The notes beneath the pieces are model-generated. The model made no database searches and was not told the DNA's origin. It saw only the letters and a list, made by a program, of their open reading frames with translations. A stretch of DNA of 64,000 nucleotides from a virus: positions 15,138 to 79,137 of the IMG/VR virus record IMGVR_UViG_3300018057_000010; one strand, written 5' to 3'. Shown here piece after piece: positions 1 to 10,644 of this stretch. Position numbers and translations under genes: made by a program. The stretch's first letter is position 1. Each line of letters opens with the position of its first letter.

Positions 1-2
1 GA

Positions 3-1823
3 GTTCATCGGCCTGGCTAGCGCCGCCTTCCCATAGTCGGACTCATGCGCGCAGTAACGGCAGATCATCATGGCCATGACGCGGTCGTCTTTTGTAGCGC
101 GGCCCTTCGCCTTGCCCTCTCCGTTTTCGTCGAAGGCGAAATCCATCATCTCGTCGATCAGCAATTCGCTGCGCAGGACGATGGAGCGCTCCAGCAGCGC
201 CTCGTTCATCTTGGCGATGATCGCGTCGCGGGATTTCCAGTTCGTCTCCCACCCCATGAAATCGGTCATGAAGTTCTTGACCTTGTCGAGATGCTTCCAC
301 CGATAGATGTTGTCGTACTCGATGACCCGGAAGATCTCGTTATTCGTGACCTTGCCGACGTTGTTGCATTCGACCGCCACCTGCGCCATGTTGTAGTAAG
401 TGGCGACGGCGCAAACAATGTAGGCGAAGGGCGTCGGATTGATCCAGCCGCGCCACTCCGCTACCTGAACATCGGGCTCCATGCCTGCGCCGATCTTCAG
501 CACTTCGATGCAGCTGAAGTCGCCGCCCTCGACGCCTTGTGCAACATCTCCAGATACGTAATAGGTGGCCTCCTCCTCTGGCTTTTCCCAGACCCAGAAG
601 CGGTCTTCTGTCTTGGGATTGTGGAGGATCTCTCCCTTGTTGACTGGGTGCAACGCCACTCGCTCTTTGCGCGCATCCCGGTCGTAATTGATTTCTCCGA
701 CAAACCGGGGCGCGACGCACGTTGTCGCCAGCAATTTATAGAGGAGACGCCGATTGAAGGCGCACACGCCGGAGCCTTGGAAGGCCTCCATCCAGTTCGA
801 TGGATATTCCTGCATGAATCCGAATTCGTCGCCTTCGAGCGATACGAATTCCGCAGCTTTTATGCGGCGCCAATTCAAGACTTCGTCGCTGATGTTGAAC
901 GCGGAATCTTCCAGGATCTTCTTCCGGTACTCCTCTTCGTCTGCCGTGGCGATGAAGGTCTCGCCCTTCTTGATCGGCAAGGAATACTTGCGCACGCGAT
1001 AGAAAGGAATGAAGACAGGGTGCCAGGTCGTCTTGCCGTCGACCGTGTCGCGCCAGAAACGATACCAGAAGCCGCTGCGCCCTTCGGCCGTGGACTCCAT
1101 GAAGGCCATCACGTCCGGAGCATTCATCGTCGGGAAGATCTGCTGCGTCAGGGCTTCGCCGTTATCCCACGTAGCCAGCTCGCTCATATGGCAGCAGCGG
1201 ATCGTCTTCCCGCGAGCGACGCCGGTATCTTTGTTCGCTGCTTCGACAAAGATGTTCGAGCGCATGCCGGGACTCATCTTGCGCATCAGGTCGTCCTTGC
1301 GGTCGAACTGCAGCACGCGCCCCTTCTGGTCGTAGCGGACTTCGGGGCGCATCCACCAGGGCAAGCAGTCGTACGCCAGTCGGGACATCTCGAACTGGTC
1401 GTCGGCCTTCATCGTGTCCGTAGCGACGATCAGCGTGTTGCACGTTGGGGTGAAGAGCGTCTTCCAGAAGACCATGCCTTCGCAGATCGTCGACAGGCCC
1501 AGCTGGCGGGCCTTCAAAATCATGATCTTGACTTGCCCTCCGGCAGTCTTCAGTTCGATCACGGCTTCATAGAAGATTTCCTGCGAATCCCAGAAAGGAG
1601 AAAGCGTCTTCAACCCTTGGTGCTCGGTTCGGATGATGTGGTAGTTTTCCAGGTAATAGCGGGGATCGGTGACGCAGTGCAGGATCTCTCCCGCGATAAA
1701 ATCCTTCTCGGTTGTGCCCAGCTTTTCCCAGGCGAGATACGTGTTGCCTTGCACGGCAATGTAATACTCGTCCATCATTTCGATGAACTCGTTCAAGTGA
1801 GGATTGGCGCGGATAATGTCCAT
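3..1823 (-). CDS. terL: Terminase large subunit (runs off the left edge)
   Basis: Manual minus-strand translation from ATG at 1823 (overlaps upstream TAA): MDIIRANPHLNEF...ILKARQLGLST (Walker A-type), CHMSELA (Walker B), MESTAEG, C-terminal nuclease YVSGDVAQG...GDFS...DDRVMAMM. Missing from the ORF track because it has no stop in the window. Confidence 0.9.
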   Translation of the reverse strand, partial: MDIIRANPHLNEFIEMMDEYYIAVQGNTYLAWEKLGTTEKDFIAGEILHCVTDPRYYLENYHIIRTEHQGLKTLSPFWDSQEIFYEAVIELKTAGGQVKIMILKARQLGLSTICEGMVFWKTLFTPTCNTLIVATDTMKADDQFEMSRLAYDCLPWWMRPEVRYDQKGRVLQFDRKDDLMRKMSPGMRSNIFVEAANKDTGVARGKTIRCCHMSELATWDNGEALTQQIFPTMNAPDVMAFMESTAEGRSGFWYRFWRDTVDGKTTWHPVFIPFYRVRKYSLPIKKGETFIATADEEEYRKKILEDSAFNISDEVLNWRRIKAAEFVSLEGDEFGFMQEYPSNWMEAFQGSGVCAFNRRLLYKLLATTCVAPRFVGEINYDRDARKERVALHPVNKGEILHNPKTEDRFWVWEKPEEEATYYVSGDVAQGVEGGDFSCIEVLKIGAGMEPDVQVAEWRGWINPTPFAYIVCAVATYYNMAQVAVECNNVGKVTNNEIFRVIEYDNIYRWKHLDKVKNFMTDFMGWETNWKSRDAIIAKMNEALLERSIVLRSELLIDEMMDFAFDENGEGKAKGRATKDDRVMAMMICRYCAHESDYGKAALARPMN

Positions 1824-2428
1824 TACGCCTGCACCATCCCTTCATCCTCGTCGCTGCTGTCGTCTTCCTTTTCCGCTTCGATGACGTCTGCCGTCTCTCT
1901 GGGTAGTTCGTTATGGGCGTGTACTTTATCGAGCACGGAGCGCAGCATGCTTTCGTAACCGCCGTTGCGCATATTCGTCTGGTTGGCTTGGTTCGCGTTA
2001 TTCTGCTGTACGCTTACGCTGATGCCGCTGCCTTTGGGCTGCATCGCCTCCAGAAACTTGCCGTACACCTGCAGCGTTTTCAACTGCGTCTCCGTATCGT
2101 CTACGGGAACAAACTGGTTGCTTCCGTCCGCATTCTTGCGCTCCAGGAAGTTCTGCGCCTTTAGCCCTTTCTTAAAGGCCTGATCCACGCCGCGCATGTT
2201 TCCCATCAGCATCGAGATCACGGCCGTGCTCAGGTTTTGCTGAGTATGAACAGCGCGTTCCATCGAAACCTGCCGGATGGATTTCTCGATAGCCTTTATG
2301 CTGACGCCTTCCGACTGAGCGATCTCTTCGACCTTCTCGCCCATATCCTTGCGCAGATAGCGCATGTAGTGGCGCGCCTGTGTCTGCGCAAGCGTCGACG
2401 TTTTCGGGCTGGCTTTGGTTCGTGGCAT
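1823..2428 (-). CDS. Probable terminase small subunit / HTH DNA-binding protein
   Basis: Translationally coupled upstream of terL (TAATG overlap); HTH-like VEEIAQSEGVSIKAIEKSI; acidic tail. Confidence 0.55.
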   Translation of the reverse strand: MPRTKASPKTSTLAQTQARHYMRYLRKDMGEKVEEIAQSEGVSIKAIEKSIRQVSMERAVHTQQNLSTAVISMLMGNMRGVDQAFKKGLKAQNFLERKNADGSNQFVPVDDTETQLKTLQVYGKFLEAMQPKGSGISVSVQQNNANQANQTNMRNGGYESMLRSVLDKVHAHNELPRETADVIEAEKEDDSSDEDEGMVQA

Positions 2429-2439
2429 TCTTCCGTCCA

Positions 2440-2478
2440 AAAAGAAAAAGGCCCACGGAGAGAATTTCTCCGTGAGCC
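2440..2478 (-). terminator. Intrinsic terminator directly upstream of the terminase genes
   Basis: Minus strand GGCTCACGGAGA-AATTC-TCTCCGTGGGCC followed by TTTTTCTTTTT. Confidence 0.65.
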
Positions 2479-2583
2479 AATCTGCACTGAGCGGTTTCGT
2501 CTTTCGACCGCAGTTTAGATTCGGTGCTCGTTCGTATTTATCCTGGAGCCAGCCAACTCGGCTGTCAACAAGTCTTTAGCTAG

Positions 2584-2661
2584 GAGGGCGAAGCCCTCGC
2601 TGCTTCTTGCTCGGACGCCGAAGGCGTCGCTACCCTCCAGCTGCGGCGGCGAAGCCGCCGC
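2584..2661. repeat. Three GC-rich hairpins with C-GAA-G loops
   Basis: gagggc-gaa-gccctc (2584-2598), gacgcc-gaa-ggcgtc (2614-2628), gcggcggc-gaa-gccgccgc (2643-2661). Confidence 0.75.
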
Positions 2662-2665
2662 TCCA

Positions 2666-3178
2666 TCAGCTCTCTACATAGTTCACCTGAGAGGGGTCGG
2701 GAAGCGGGATCTTGTCCGGCGACGTCTCGATCCCCTGCGCCCTCAACTCATTCTCTAAGTCCAGCTTTGCCAAGTCGCTATCGCTTTGCGATAACAGTCC
2801 GGCATCTTCTGGCTTAGCATAGTCTTCCTCGTAGAAGTTCGGCGGCGCCGGTAGAGGCCCACCGCGAACAGCGAAGGCCGTTTCCGGATGTTCGGTCGGC
2901 GCCTGCACTACCAGCGCCGTGAATGTCTTGACCGCCGCCGCCATCGACTCTGTCGACGTTATCAGTCGCCGGTTCACCTGGACCATGGACGTCATCGACG
3001 ACGATATCTGCGCAGCTCCTTCGAATACATTCGCTAATCGATCCATCCCGGAAACAACCAACTGCAATTGTTTATTGGTCGCCACAATCCATTTGGCGCT
3101 CCAGTAGATAAGAAAGCTCAAGGCCAGGATACAAGCTCCCATGATCCCGCCCACAAGGAGTTGATCGAAGTTCGACAT
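2666..3178 (-). CDS. Hypothetical membrane-anchored protein
   Basis: N-terminal hydrophobic helix, coiled region; tightly packed in operon. Confidence 0.6.
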   Translation of the reverse strand: MSNFDQLLVGGIMGACILALSFLIYWSAKWIVATNKQLQLVVSGMDRLANVFEGAAQISSSMTSMVQVNRRLITSTESMAAAVKTFTALVVQAPTEHPETAFAVRGGPLPAPPNFYEEDYAKPEDAGLLSQSDSDLAKLDLENELRAQGIETSPDKIPLPDPSQVNYVES

Positions 3179-3179
3179 T

Positions 3180-3395
3180 CTATTTCACTCTTGTCGCCAT
3201 GCCGGTAAGTCGTTGATCGTGATGAATCTGGTAACTGCAACCCGTCTTTTCATTGCTGCAGGTATACACAATCTGATGCAGCTTTCCATTTGGCCCCTTC
3301 TCCTGGGTTACCGTCATCTTCTCCCCGCACATGGAGCAGTACGCATCGGGAGCCATAATAGGATTAAGTTCCGGTAGCATTGTTCTTCCTTTCAA
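3180..3395 (-). CDS. Small Zn-ribbon protein
   Basis: CSMC...C-x5-C; operon packing. Confidence 0.5.
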   Translation of the reverse strand: MKGRTMLPELNPIMAPDAYCSMCGEKMTVTQEKGPNGKLHQIVYTCSNEKTGCSYQIHHDQRLTGMATRVK

Positions 3396-3555
3396 TGTTC
3401 GTAACCTTGATATCTCGGCTTAACAGGAGCACTCTCCGGGTCTTGCTTTGCAGCTCTCCGCATCGCTCTACTGGCAAGCTTTTTAAGGAAGACGCTGCAT
3501 CCCGAACGGCGCTTCCTCCACATCGTTTCTCGTTGCTCGACTCTACGGTATTTCA

Positions 3556-3771
3556 TTAGATCTTCTTCTTGTGGAAAAAATCTGCTTCCGTGCAGGTCGT
3601 CCAATGAGGTATGGCCTTGTCGCTCCCACGGCCCATTGGATTTATCGGGATGCTCTTACCTTTCGGGGTGCGATACCATTCAATCGCTTCGCCGCAACCC
3701 TTGCATTCGGCGTCGTCGATGAAGACGTACCCCATTGCTTTCAAATCGTCGGATGTCTTTGGAAATGCCAT
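3556..3771 (-). CDS. Small Zn-binding phage protein
   Basis: CKGC...WYRTPKGK...HWTTC. Confidence 0.6.
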   Translation of the reverse strand: MAFPKTSDDLKAMGYVFIDDAECKGCGEAIEWYRTPKGKSIPINPMGRGSDKAIPHWTTCTEADFFHKKKI

Positions 3772-4340
3772 GGCTAAAAATAGTAATCCGGTCTATCGTA
3801 CTTTGTCGGCTCTTCCGGATCGTAGACTTTTTGTTTTTCCGGTTCCGCCGCACTTTCTTGTTTCAGAACAGGATCTTCGGGGGGGCGCCGATTGCGCCTC
3901 GGATGTTTTCTTTGTCCTGGCCGCAATCAACTCTTGCAGCCTCCGGTATCCAAGCGCAACAAGGCGATCGACCTTCGTTTGCGAGTCTCCTACGTGGATT
4001 CGTTCCTTCCCGATATTCAACGTCTGTCCGGCCAGGATCTCTCCCGACTCCATGCCGGGAAGATTGACGTAGAGTGCGATGCTATATCCCTGTTCGTTTC
4101 TCGTCCAATAGATCCACTGCGCTACATAGGAAATATCCGACAAGGAATATTCGATAGTGGCAGGCGGCAAAAGCAAGGCGAGCTGTACTCCTTGAATGTC
4201 GCCCTTCCATCCAGTGAAGAAACAGGCGTTTTCTTTTTTCTCCGACCCTTCGCCAAGGAAGCGAATAAGAGTCCATGGATAGGCTGGCGCAAGCTCCTGG
4301 ATATCCTTTTCGGCCAAGTCTACTGTCTTCCTTGCCATAT

Positions 4341-4883
4341 CTAACTCCCCGGAAGGTGCTTGATTAGCAATTGCGCAATCGAATCGTCCTGCGATGGCCA
4401 CGCTGCCCTGCGCGCCAGACCGAATCGTAGACCCTCCCTCTCTGCCGGGTTCTTGCCGATCCAATCGCTATAGCTTCGATATTGCCGCTGTCTCCATGGG
4501 TTGAGTAACTTTGTCTCCGGGATATAATTCAATCCGGTTAGCGTAGCTGTTCCGAACTTACCATCTACGGCGACAATACTTCCAACGGAACACATCGATT
4601 CCTGTAGTATGGTTACCGCTTCGTCGATCCCCTGGTTGATGCAGTCGTCTACCAACTTCGTTGCAAAAGTTTGGTTGACGATCTTATTGAAGAGCGGGCT
4701 CCAGAAAACCTCGCGGAAGATCTCGTCTGCCTCTTCTCTGGTTTGCGGTAACGGTTTCCCGATAGACTTACAAAGGGCCGAACTAACTCCGAAGTTGGTT
4801 TCTCCTCCAGGATCTCCGGGGAGTTTCCCCTTCCCGCCCTCGTGCTCGTGAATGACCGGCAATGCTGCTTCGAAGGTAGCCAT
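4341..4883 (-). CDS. Glycoside hydrolase family 108 lysozyme (endolysin-like)
   Basis: HEGG...DPGGETNFGV catalytic motif; C-terminal VDGKFGTATL peptidoglycan-binding-like segment. Confidence 0.85.
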   Translation of the reverse strand: MATFEAALPVIHEHEGGKGKLPGDPGGETNFGVSSALCKSIGKPLPQTREEADEIFREVFWSPLFNKIVNQTFATKLVDDCINQGIDEAVTILQESMCSVGSIVAVDGKFGTATLTGLNYIPETKLLNPWRQRQYRSYSDWIGKNPAEREGLRFGLARRAAWPSQDDSIAQLLIKHLPGS

Positions 4884-5300
4884 CTAACTCAACCTCACAG
4901 AACTTTGTACTAGGAGCTTCTTGAGTGGACCGGGAATATCTGCCTCGACGATTCGATTCCGCTGCGTATCCTGCTTCGACCACTCATCCGATTTCATCGT
5001 ATGCAAGGCGCATGGACCGAAACGGCTGCAGCTGCAATCCTTATCCAGAAAGGTGTCCAGCCTCTCCTTCACCGCCGCTGTCCAGTCGAAGCCTGCCGGG
5101 TAATTCAACGGCAGATCGTAGGACGCGAAGTAGCTAGCGCCGTCGTCGCGAGTGGCATAGGCCTGCCCTGCGATAGCTACCAGCCCAACGCCGGGAATCA
5201 CTCGCGGTTGCACCGTGTAGGCGATCTCAGTCCAGGAATGGGACTGCTCCGGAGTCTCGGCGTAGGATGGCCACCGCTCGATTCCATCTTCATCACTCAT
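4884..5300 (-). CDS. Hypothetical protein
   Basis: Abutting ORFs in a minus-strand operon. Confidence 0.55.
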   Translation of the reverse strand: MSDEDGIERWPSYAETPEQSHSWTEIAYTVQPRVIPGVGLVAIAGQAYATRDDGASYFASYDLPLNYPAGFDWTAAVKERLDTFLDKDCSCSRFGPCALHTMKSDEWSKQDTQRNRIVEADIPGPLKKLLVQSSVRLS

Positions 5301-5519
5301 CGATTTGTACCTCTAGGGAGTTTTTCTCGTGCTTGAAGGTCACAAATTCTCCCTCGCGAAGCCGGTAAACAAAAACTGTCTCGTCACCCAGATCTCCCAC
5401 TAACGATCCGCCTTCGTGAAAGAAAAACGTGACATTCCCGTGGAATAACGTGGCGTTCCTGGCTCTTACTTGGCAGGATATGATCCTTGCACCCTCTTCC
5501 TTCTCCATCGGCTCTCCTT

Positions 5520-5885
5520 TTAAAGAAGCCCCTCGCCACGCGTGAAATCGGGCAAAGGGTCATTGTCGACACATACGAACAGATGCAAGCAGTTGGGATG
5601 AATGTTTACATGTTCCGACTTTGGCGGAATCACCTGGATAGCTTTGCGATCCTGTCCGAGAAACAATTCCTTCATCTCCACTAATGTATCCCACGACGGC
5701 AATCTGTCTGGCGAAGCAACGGAGAAATGTATCCATCGCTTGCCGTCTTGCTCTGTGTCTCCGCTAACGATTACGCTAAGCCGCCGCATCCGATTCACGA
5801 ACGATCTGCCGTCGTCGGTCTCTCCGGAAATCACCCAACCGTTAGGGAGTATCCAGGGAATAACTTCGTCAACCCACTTTTGCAT
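5520..5885 (-). CDS. Conserved phage hypothetical protein
   Basis: WIHFSVA...PSWD...K..FLG...HVNIHPNCLHL pattern common in phage proteins. Confidence 0.65.
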   Translation of the reverse strand: MQKWVDEVIPWILPNGWVISGETDDGRSFVNRMRRLSVIVSGDTEQDGKRWIHFSVASPDRLPSWDTLVEMKELFLGQDRKAIQVIPPKSEHVNIHPNCLHLFVCVDNDPLPDFTRGEGLL

Positions 5886-6183
5886 CTTCTGGAGTTCCTA
5901 AACAACTCTGCAGCGCTAACGATATTAGCTCAAAAGTGTCCCTCTTGTTACGGGGAAATCCATAGACCGTCCCCTGCTTGACGATGGTTTCCTCGCCCGT
6001 GTCGGGATTCTTCTTGGCAAGAGTTACAAAATAGTTGGAAACCGGAGCCGACCCGGTAATGTTCACGATCTCGATAACGCCAATCGTCTGGCTGCGCTGA
6101 GCAATTCCACCCGGCCACACTTCCACCTTCGCCACAAGCATGGATTCCCTTCCGCAGGGACTAATGGTGGCTGGGGTCCAACA

Positions 6184-6648
6184 TCAATCCCGAGGAGGGT
6201 AGAGTAACACTTTTACGTCGGGGAGACTTTCGAAGGCTTGCCGGATAAGTGGCTCGACCTCTGACCAGGAAAGCTGGCCGAATCCGCAGCCCAGCGCCGG
6301 GATGGCGATGGACTTTACCCGCAGGATGTGGAGCTTCGCGGTAAGGTCTTCTAATCCTTGAGAAATAAAGAGGAGTTCGCTGCGGTTTCTCCAATGCATC
6401 TTGGTTGGAAAGTTAAAAATAAACCTGGGATTGAACGTGTAGCTATTCAGATGCATGATGATTTCGCCGGGACGCATGATCCCGTTCCTGCAGGCAAGTT
6501 CGTACATTTTCTGGTTGCGCGGGAAGCGAACCTTGAATAGCAGCGCCAATCCCGCTCCGGAAACTCCGACGCAGTTGACCGGGTTCACCAGAATCTCTGC
6601 GTTCGAATCGAAGATGTCGCCCTCGGCGATCGCAATCATCAGATCCAA
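6184..6648 (-). CDS. Macrodomain ADP-ribose hydrolase (DarG N-terminal-like)
   Basis: GDIF...LVNPVNCVGVSGAGLA...FNFPTKMHWR...SIAIPALGCGFGQLSW. Confidence 0.85.
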   Translation of the reverse strand: MDLMIAIAEGDIFDSNAEILVNPVNCVGVSGAGLALLFKVRFPRNQKMYELACRNGIMRPGEIIMHLNSYTFNPRFIFNFPTKMHWRNRSELLFISQGLEDLTAKLHILRVKSIAIPALGCGFGQLSWSEVEPLIRQAFESLPDVKVLLYPPRD

Positions 6649-6886
6649 CTTTCCACGATGCAGGGGTCGTCTTCGGGATTACGGGGCAGACAAACGACTC
6701 CGTAAGGTAGAAGCGCACGGGCCTGATTTATGGTGAGAGCCGTTCTGACCCAACGGCTTACCTGTACCGACCCCGGCATGATCTCCCAACGGCGTACGAC
6801 AAACAGCCCTGGGTAATCTTTAGGATTCTCGTAGATGGTATATATCGCCAACTCGCTCATCGATTTATCCTCTTCGATCTTTAGCG

Positions 6887-7654
6887 TCACAACCATAGGT
6901 TGGGGCATACCTTCCTCGAAACGCCTCTGACCGCATTCGCAAGCAGCCTTCGCGTGGTAGTGTATGATTTCCCGCTATGCGCGGCGATCCCGACTGGCTC
7001 TACGTTAACCGGAAACCTCATAGAGACTCTCGGTTTTTTCTGGTTGGCGAACGGGAGAACTTTGTCATAGAAGAGACCTTCCATATGCCCTGTCCCCATT
7101 TCTTTCCAGGATTCCTGCAGGTACGCAGCATAAAACCTGTGGGAGAACAGAATTAACTGGGTGCTCAAATACGGCTTGTCGTGCTTATGAAACAGGTCTC
7201 TCCACCCTCTGCCATCGGCCACAACGTCGAAATCGTCCTGACAGCGATCCAGCAATTTACCGAGCTTGGGAAATTGCAGCCTTCCGGTGACCTTGACAAT
7301 ATGATCGGTACATTGCCGCAACCGACTTGCTTTCAATCCAAAATCGATCATCTTGACTTCGGCATATCCGTAATGGCCATTTGCGGGATAACTGTTGCAG
7401 TTCAAGCTTACAAATTCGAGATGCCTATCGTGAGCTGTTGCCATCGATCTCTCTTGTTGAAAATCGGGGCCTAAAGGCCATCCGCTATTTTCGATGAACA
7501 AGATGCGAGACAGCCGAGGATCGCCGTTGCAAATCCACCACCTTAACGACTGTCTATATTCGGCCAATCTTTCTTTTGGATCGGCAATGGCTAACTTATA
7601 AGTTCCGGCAGATGGATCGACGCAAGCAGTTAAAACGAGTAGATATTTGTTCAA
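6887..7654 (-). CDS. Glycosyltransferase-like hypothetical protein
   Basis: LTACVDP...FIENSG...GYAE...IVKVTGR pattern. Confidence 0.5.
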   Translation of the reverse strand: MNKYLLVLTACVDPSAGTYKLAIADPKERLAEYRQSLRWWICNGDPRLSRILFIENSGWPLGPDFQQERSMATAHDRHLEFVSLNCNSYPANGHYGYAEVKMIDFGLKASRLRQCTDHIVKVTGRLQFPKLGKLLDRCQDDFDVVADGRGWRDLFHKHDKPYLSTQLILFSHRFYAAYLQESWKEMGTGHMEGLFYDKVLPFANQKKPRVSMRFPVNVEPVGIAAHSGKSYTTTRRLLANAVRGVSRKVCPNLWL

Positions 7655-8099
7655 TTTATCCTCGACCGAATAACACCGGCAACGGCCCTTATGATCGCCG
7701 CCTTATGTGGATTCTTGTTTGCGAATTCTGCGAACTCTCCTGGACGAAGAGTCCGCAGCGTTTCGTGCTCCTCGAAGACAAGGATCTCCGCGCAATAGCT
7801 ACAGACGGTTACATCTCCTGGACGAGGGTGACCTATGCCGGTCACCGCCGTAGCTCCGTCCAGGATAGCCTTGCAGTTTGGGCAAAAAGGCTTAGAGTTC
7901 AGTCTGTAGTCGTGGCTCACCATATCACGGTAACTGCTTCCTGATGATGTGAAGTGGCCCGCCGCTGATCGTCTTGGGCACGCCTTTGCGATGCATCGCG
8001 ACGATGTGGCAGCTGAGCCAACGCCATCTCCCCCACGGCGGAACGGTCCTCGGAGGCCGCTCCTCGCAATGCGGGCAGACGATGGCAAGACCCATGTAG

Positions 8100-9026
8100 T
8101 TACCGGCCCGCCGAGCGTGAAAGAAGTTCAGCGACTCGGAGGGTAAGCTCCTTGTAAGAGCAGTCGTGAGCCTTCGCGTATTGATCGATGATGGATTCGC
8201 ACTTGGCGAATGCGAGGGTGATAGTGATTTGGGAGATGTCTTCTTCGTGTTCGTGGGAATCGGTGCTGGGGTTGTTGCCGCCATATTCTAGTTCTCCGTG
8301 AATGATCTTGACTGACTTCACTGTGATCGTTTGGTCTTCGTTCTGAACCAGCGCAGTCTGGGGCGACTGCCGTGTTAAGCCAAGTTTTTTCTCTTGAGCC
8401 TTTGCTTCTCTTGCTTCCCGGCGCACTGACCGCGCCCGAATCGAGGAAGCGGTCATGCCTTTGACGCCGTGATCGTGGGATCGATGAATCCCCAACTGTC
8501 TGCGGTCAAGCATTTCGATGCCGCACTCGGGACAAACGAACTTACCGTTTCGTTTCGGTTTGATCTTCATGGTAGAGATCGGCGTCGCAGCTGGGGCCTC
8601 GGGTAAGGCTGGCGCTGGGATCGGCTGCTCTGCAACAGCTTCTGTTTTTCTTTTTCTCATTGCCACCACCGAAGCGGAACTTCCGGCGACTCCATGTTGA
8701 CGGCGATGAGAACCTAAGCCGGTTAGCTTTTCATAGGAACTCTCGATCCCTATCGCCAGACATTCCGGACAGAGGTATTTCCCTTGTTTGTCGCGTTTGA
8801 TTTCGGTAGAGATCTTCGTCGAATCTATCGCGTCCGATTCCTGGACTTTCGCTAGCTGTTCTCTTCGAGCCTTCGCGATTGCTCGTTGTTTCGCTGACTT
8901 GGAATGTCCCCTAATCCCATGAGCAGCCAGCTTGTGAATGCCAAGATGTTGTTTGTCCTTATACTCGGCGCCGCACTTCTCGCATTTAAACTCTTGCGGC
9001 GTATCCCCTTGGGTTTTTGCGTTCAT
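8100..9026 (-). CDS. Protein with three C2H2-type zinc fingers
   Basis: CEKC-x12-HKLAAH, CPEC...HRRQH, CPEC-x12-HRSHDH, each followed by a G(I/V)xG motif. Confidence 0.75.
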   Translation of the reverse strand: MNAKTQGDTPQEFKCEKCGAEYKDKQHLGIHKLAAHGIRGHSKSAKQRAIAKARREQLAKVQESDAIDSTKISTEIKRDKQGKYLCPECLAIGIESSYEKLTGLGSHRRQHGVAGSSASVVAMRKRKTEAVAEQPIPAPALPEAPAATPISTMKIKPKRNGKFVCPECGIEMLDRRQLGIHRSHDHGVKGMTASSIRARSVRREAREAKAQEKKLGLTRQSPQTALVQNEDQTITVKSVKIIHGELEYGGNNPSTDSHEHEEDISQITITLAFAKCESIIDQYAKAHDCSYKELTLRVAELLSRSAGR

Positions 9027-10227
9027 TTGTTACCCTTCAACCTATGGCGATAAGTAAATTAGTGAATCTGTTGCCGTTTCTTGCGAACGTTTTAACAAAT
9101 TGTGTAACAAAAATCTCCATTTTTCTATAGCTTAAAGAACAAAAAGTTGTCGAGGTTGATTCTTGCCGACTCGATCTCGTCAACCCGATATTACTCTCAA
9201 GCTCGTTTCGAAGATCAGATCGACATACTCTCCGGTTGCCGGATCTCCTAAGACCGGCAACAGGCCGACAATCAGACCGCTATCGAAACGAATGCCTTCC
9301 TCCCCGAGATCGAGCATCAGACTCTTCCGGTTTCCTGATTCGAAGAGAACTTTGGCCTTGTACTCCCGGCCCGAGACTTCGATAGTGACGGCTCTCCTAG
9401 CTTTGGAGATCCGAAGCCTAGTCGTGGGCATCTGACTTAATCTCCCGGACATCGACGCGAGCCATAAATTCCACAATATGCACCGTCTTGCCGGTCGCGC
9501 CCAGATAAGGCTGCAATCTTTCAGCTTCGGGTAGATAGATCCTCTTCCAGAGCCGTGGGTTGACGGTGAGCATCGGTTGCATGCCCATTCCCGGCACCTT
9601 GAAGCCGACCACGCCTTCTTTGCCGTTCGCGTCGCGAGATAAGACTGCGTAGACCTTTTCGATTCGGTCCAGCTCGTTTGGCGGATTGATGACTACATCC
9701 ATGTATTCCTCCCTTGGATTTATTTCTCTTCGTCGAGAGCCTTGAAGAGTTTGTCGAAACACGATTCACATATTCCGTTGATCAGGAGTTCGCGCTCCCC
9801 TGCGGTCAGCATGGGAAGAGCTTTCTGAATAAGCTCTCCATCCTCCCAGCGCTGATAGGCCTCGTCTGGAACGACGATCTCGAAGGTCTTCTTACATTGC
9901 CTGCATCGCGGAAACATCTGAGTAGTGCGCTCACGTCTTGTCATCTCAACTCCTGACCGCAGTCCCGGCAGTACCATGTCCCGCCCGTGAACCGCTTGCG
10001 GGTATGAGCGCAGCCCGCCTCTTGTCGATACGGCTCGTCGCCGTAATACTGTTGCCGTATCCGATGCTCGAAGCGAGCGAAGGACCAAACCGGCGTGACG
10101 TTTCGGATCATGGGATAGAACTCGCCATCGGAGTCATAAGCGATCTTGGCTCTCTCTTCCGGCGTGATGTGCCCAGGAGGAAGGACCTCCGTGGGTTCGA
10201 GCGGCTTCGATCCATCGCTCAGATGTT

Positions 10228-10425
10228 TCATTTGCTCGAACGAGGACCTTGAACAATCACTCGTCCCTCCAAATAGACCTGCATGGCTTCGCGCCAGTAG
10301 TGACCGGCCGAGTGTCCACTGACCTTCGCCATCGCCGAAACTTGTTGCTTCATCCAGGCTGGCACCCGAAGCGAGAGTTCGGTGAGTTGTAAGTTATTCG
10401 GGCGTTTTAGTTTCGTTCGCGCCAT
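10228..10425 (-). CDS. Ribbon-helix-helix DNA-binding protein
   Basis: LSLRVPAWMKQQVSAMA...YWREAMQVYL. Confidence 0.6.
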   Translation of the reverse strand: MARTKLKRPNNLQLTELSLRVPAWMKQQVSAMAKVSGHSAGHYWREAMQVYLEGRVIVQGPRSSK

Positions 10426-10644
10426 TTGCTTCTTTCCCCTTTAACGATGGGAGTTCTTGTAGCTTTGCGAGAGCTCTTCTCATTCTCCACATCTTGATTC
10501 GCCAGCAAACTGGTTGCCATCTTCGCCAAATCCAAACTCTGAGAGATCCGGAATAGAGACTTCGCATCGCCTTCAATAGGAAGTTGTCCCAAGACTCAGC
10601 CTGATCGACCAGCTCTTTGAATCGCACTAAAGCCTCGACGGAGT

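Noticed and set aside
45-1958. 637-aa plus-strand ORF
   Set aside because: Antisense shadow of terL; no recognisable motifs
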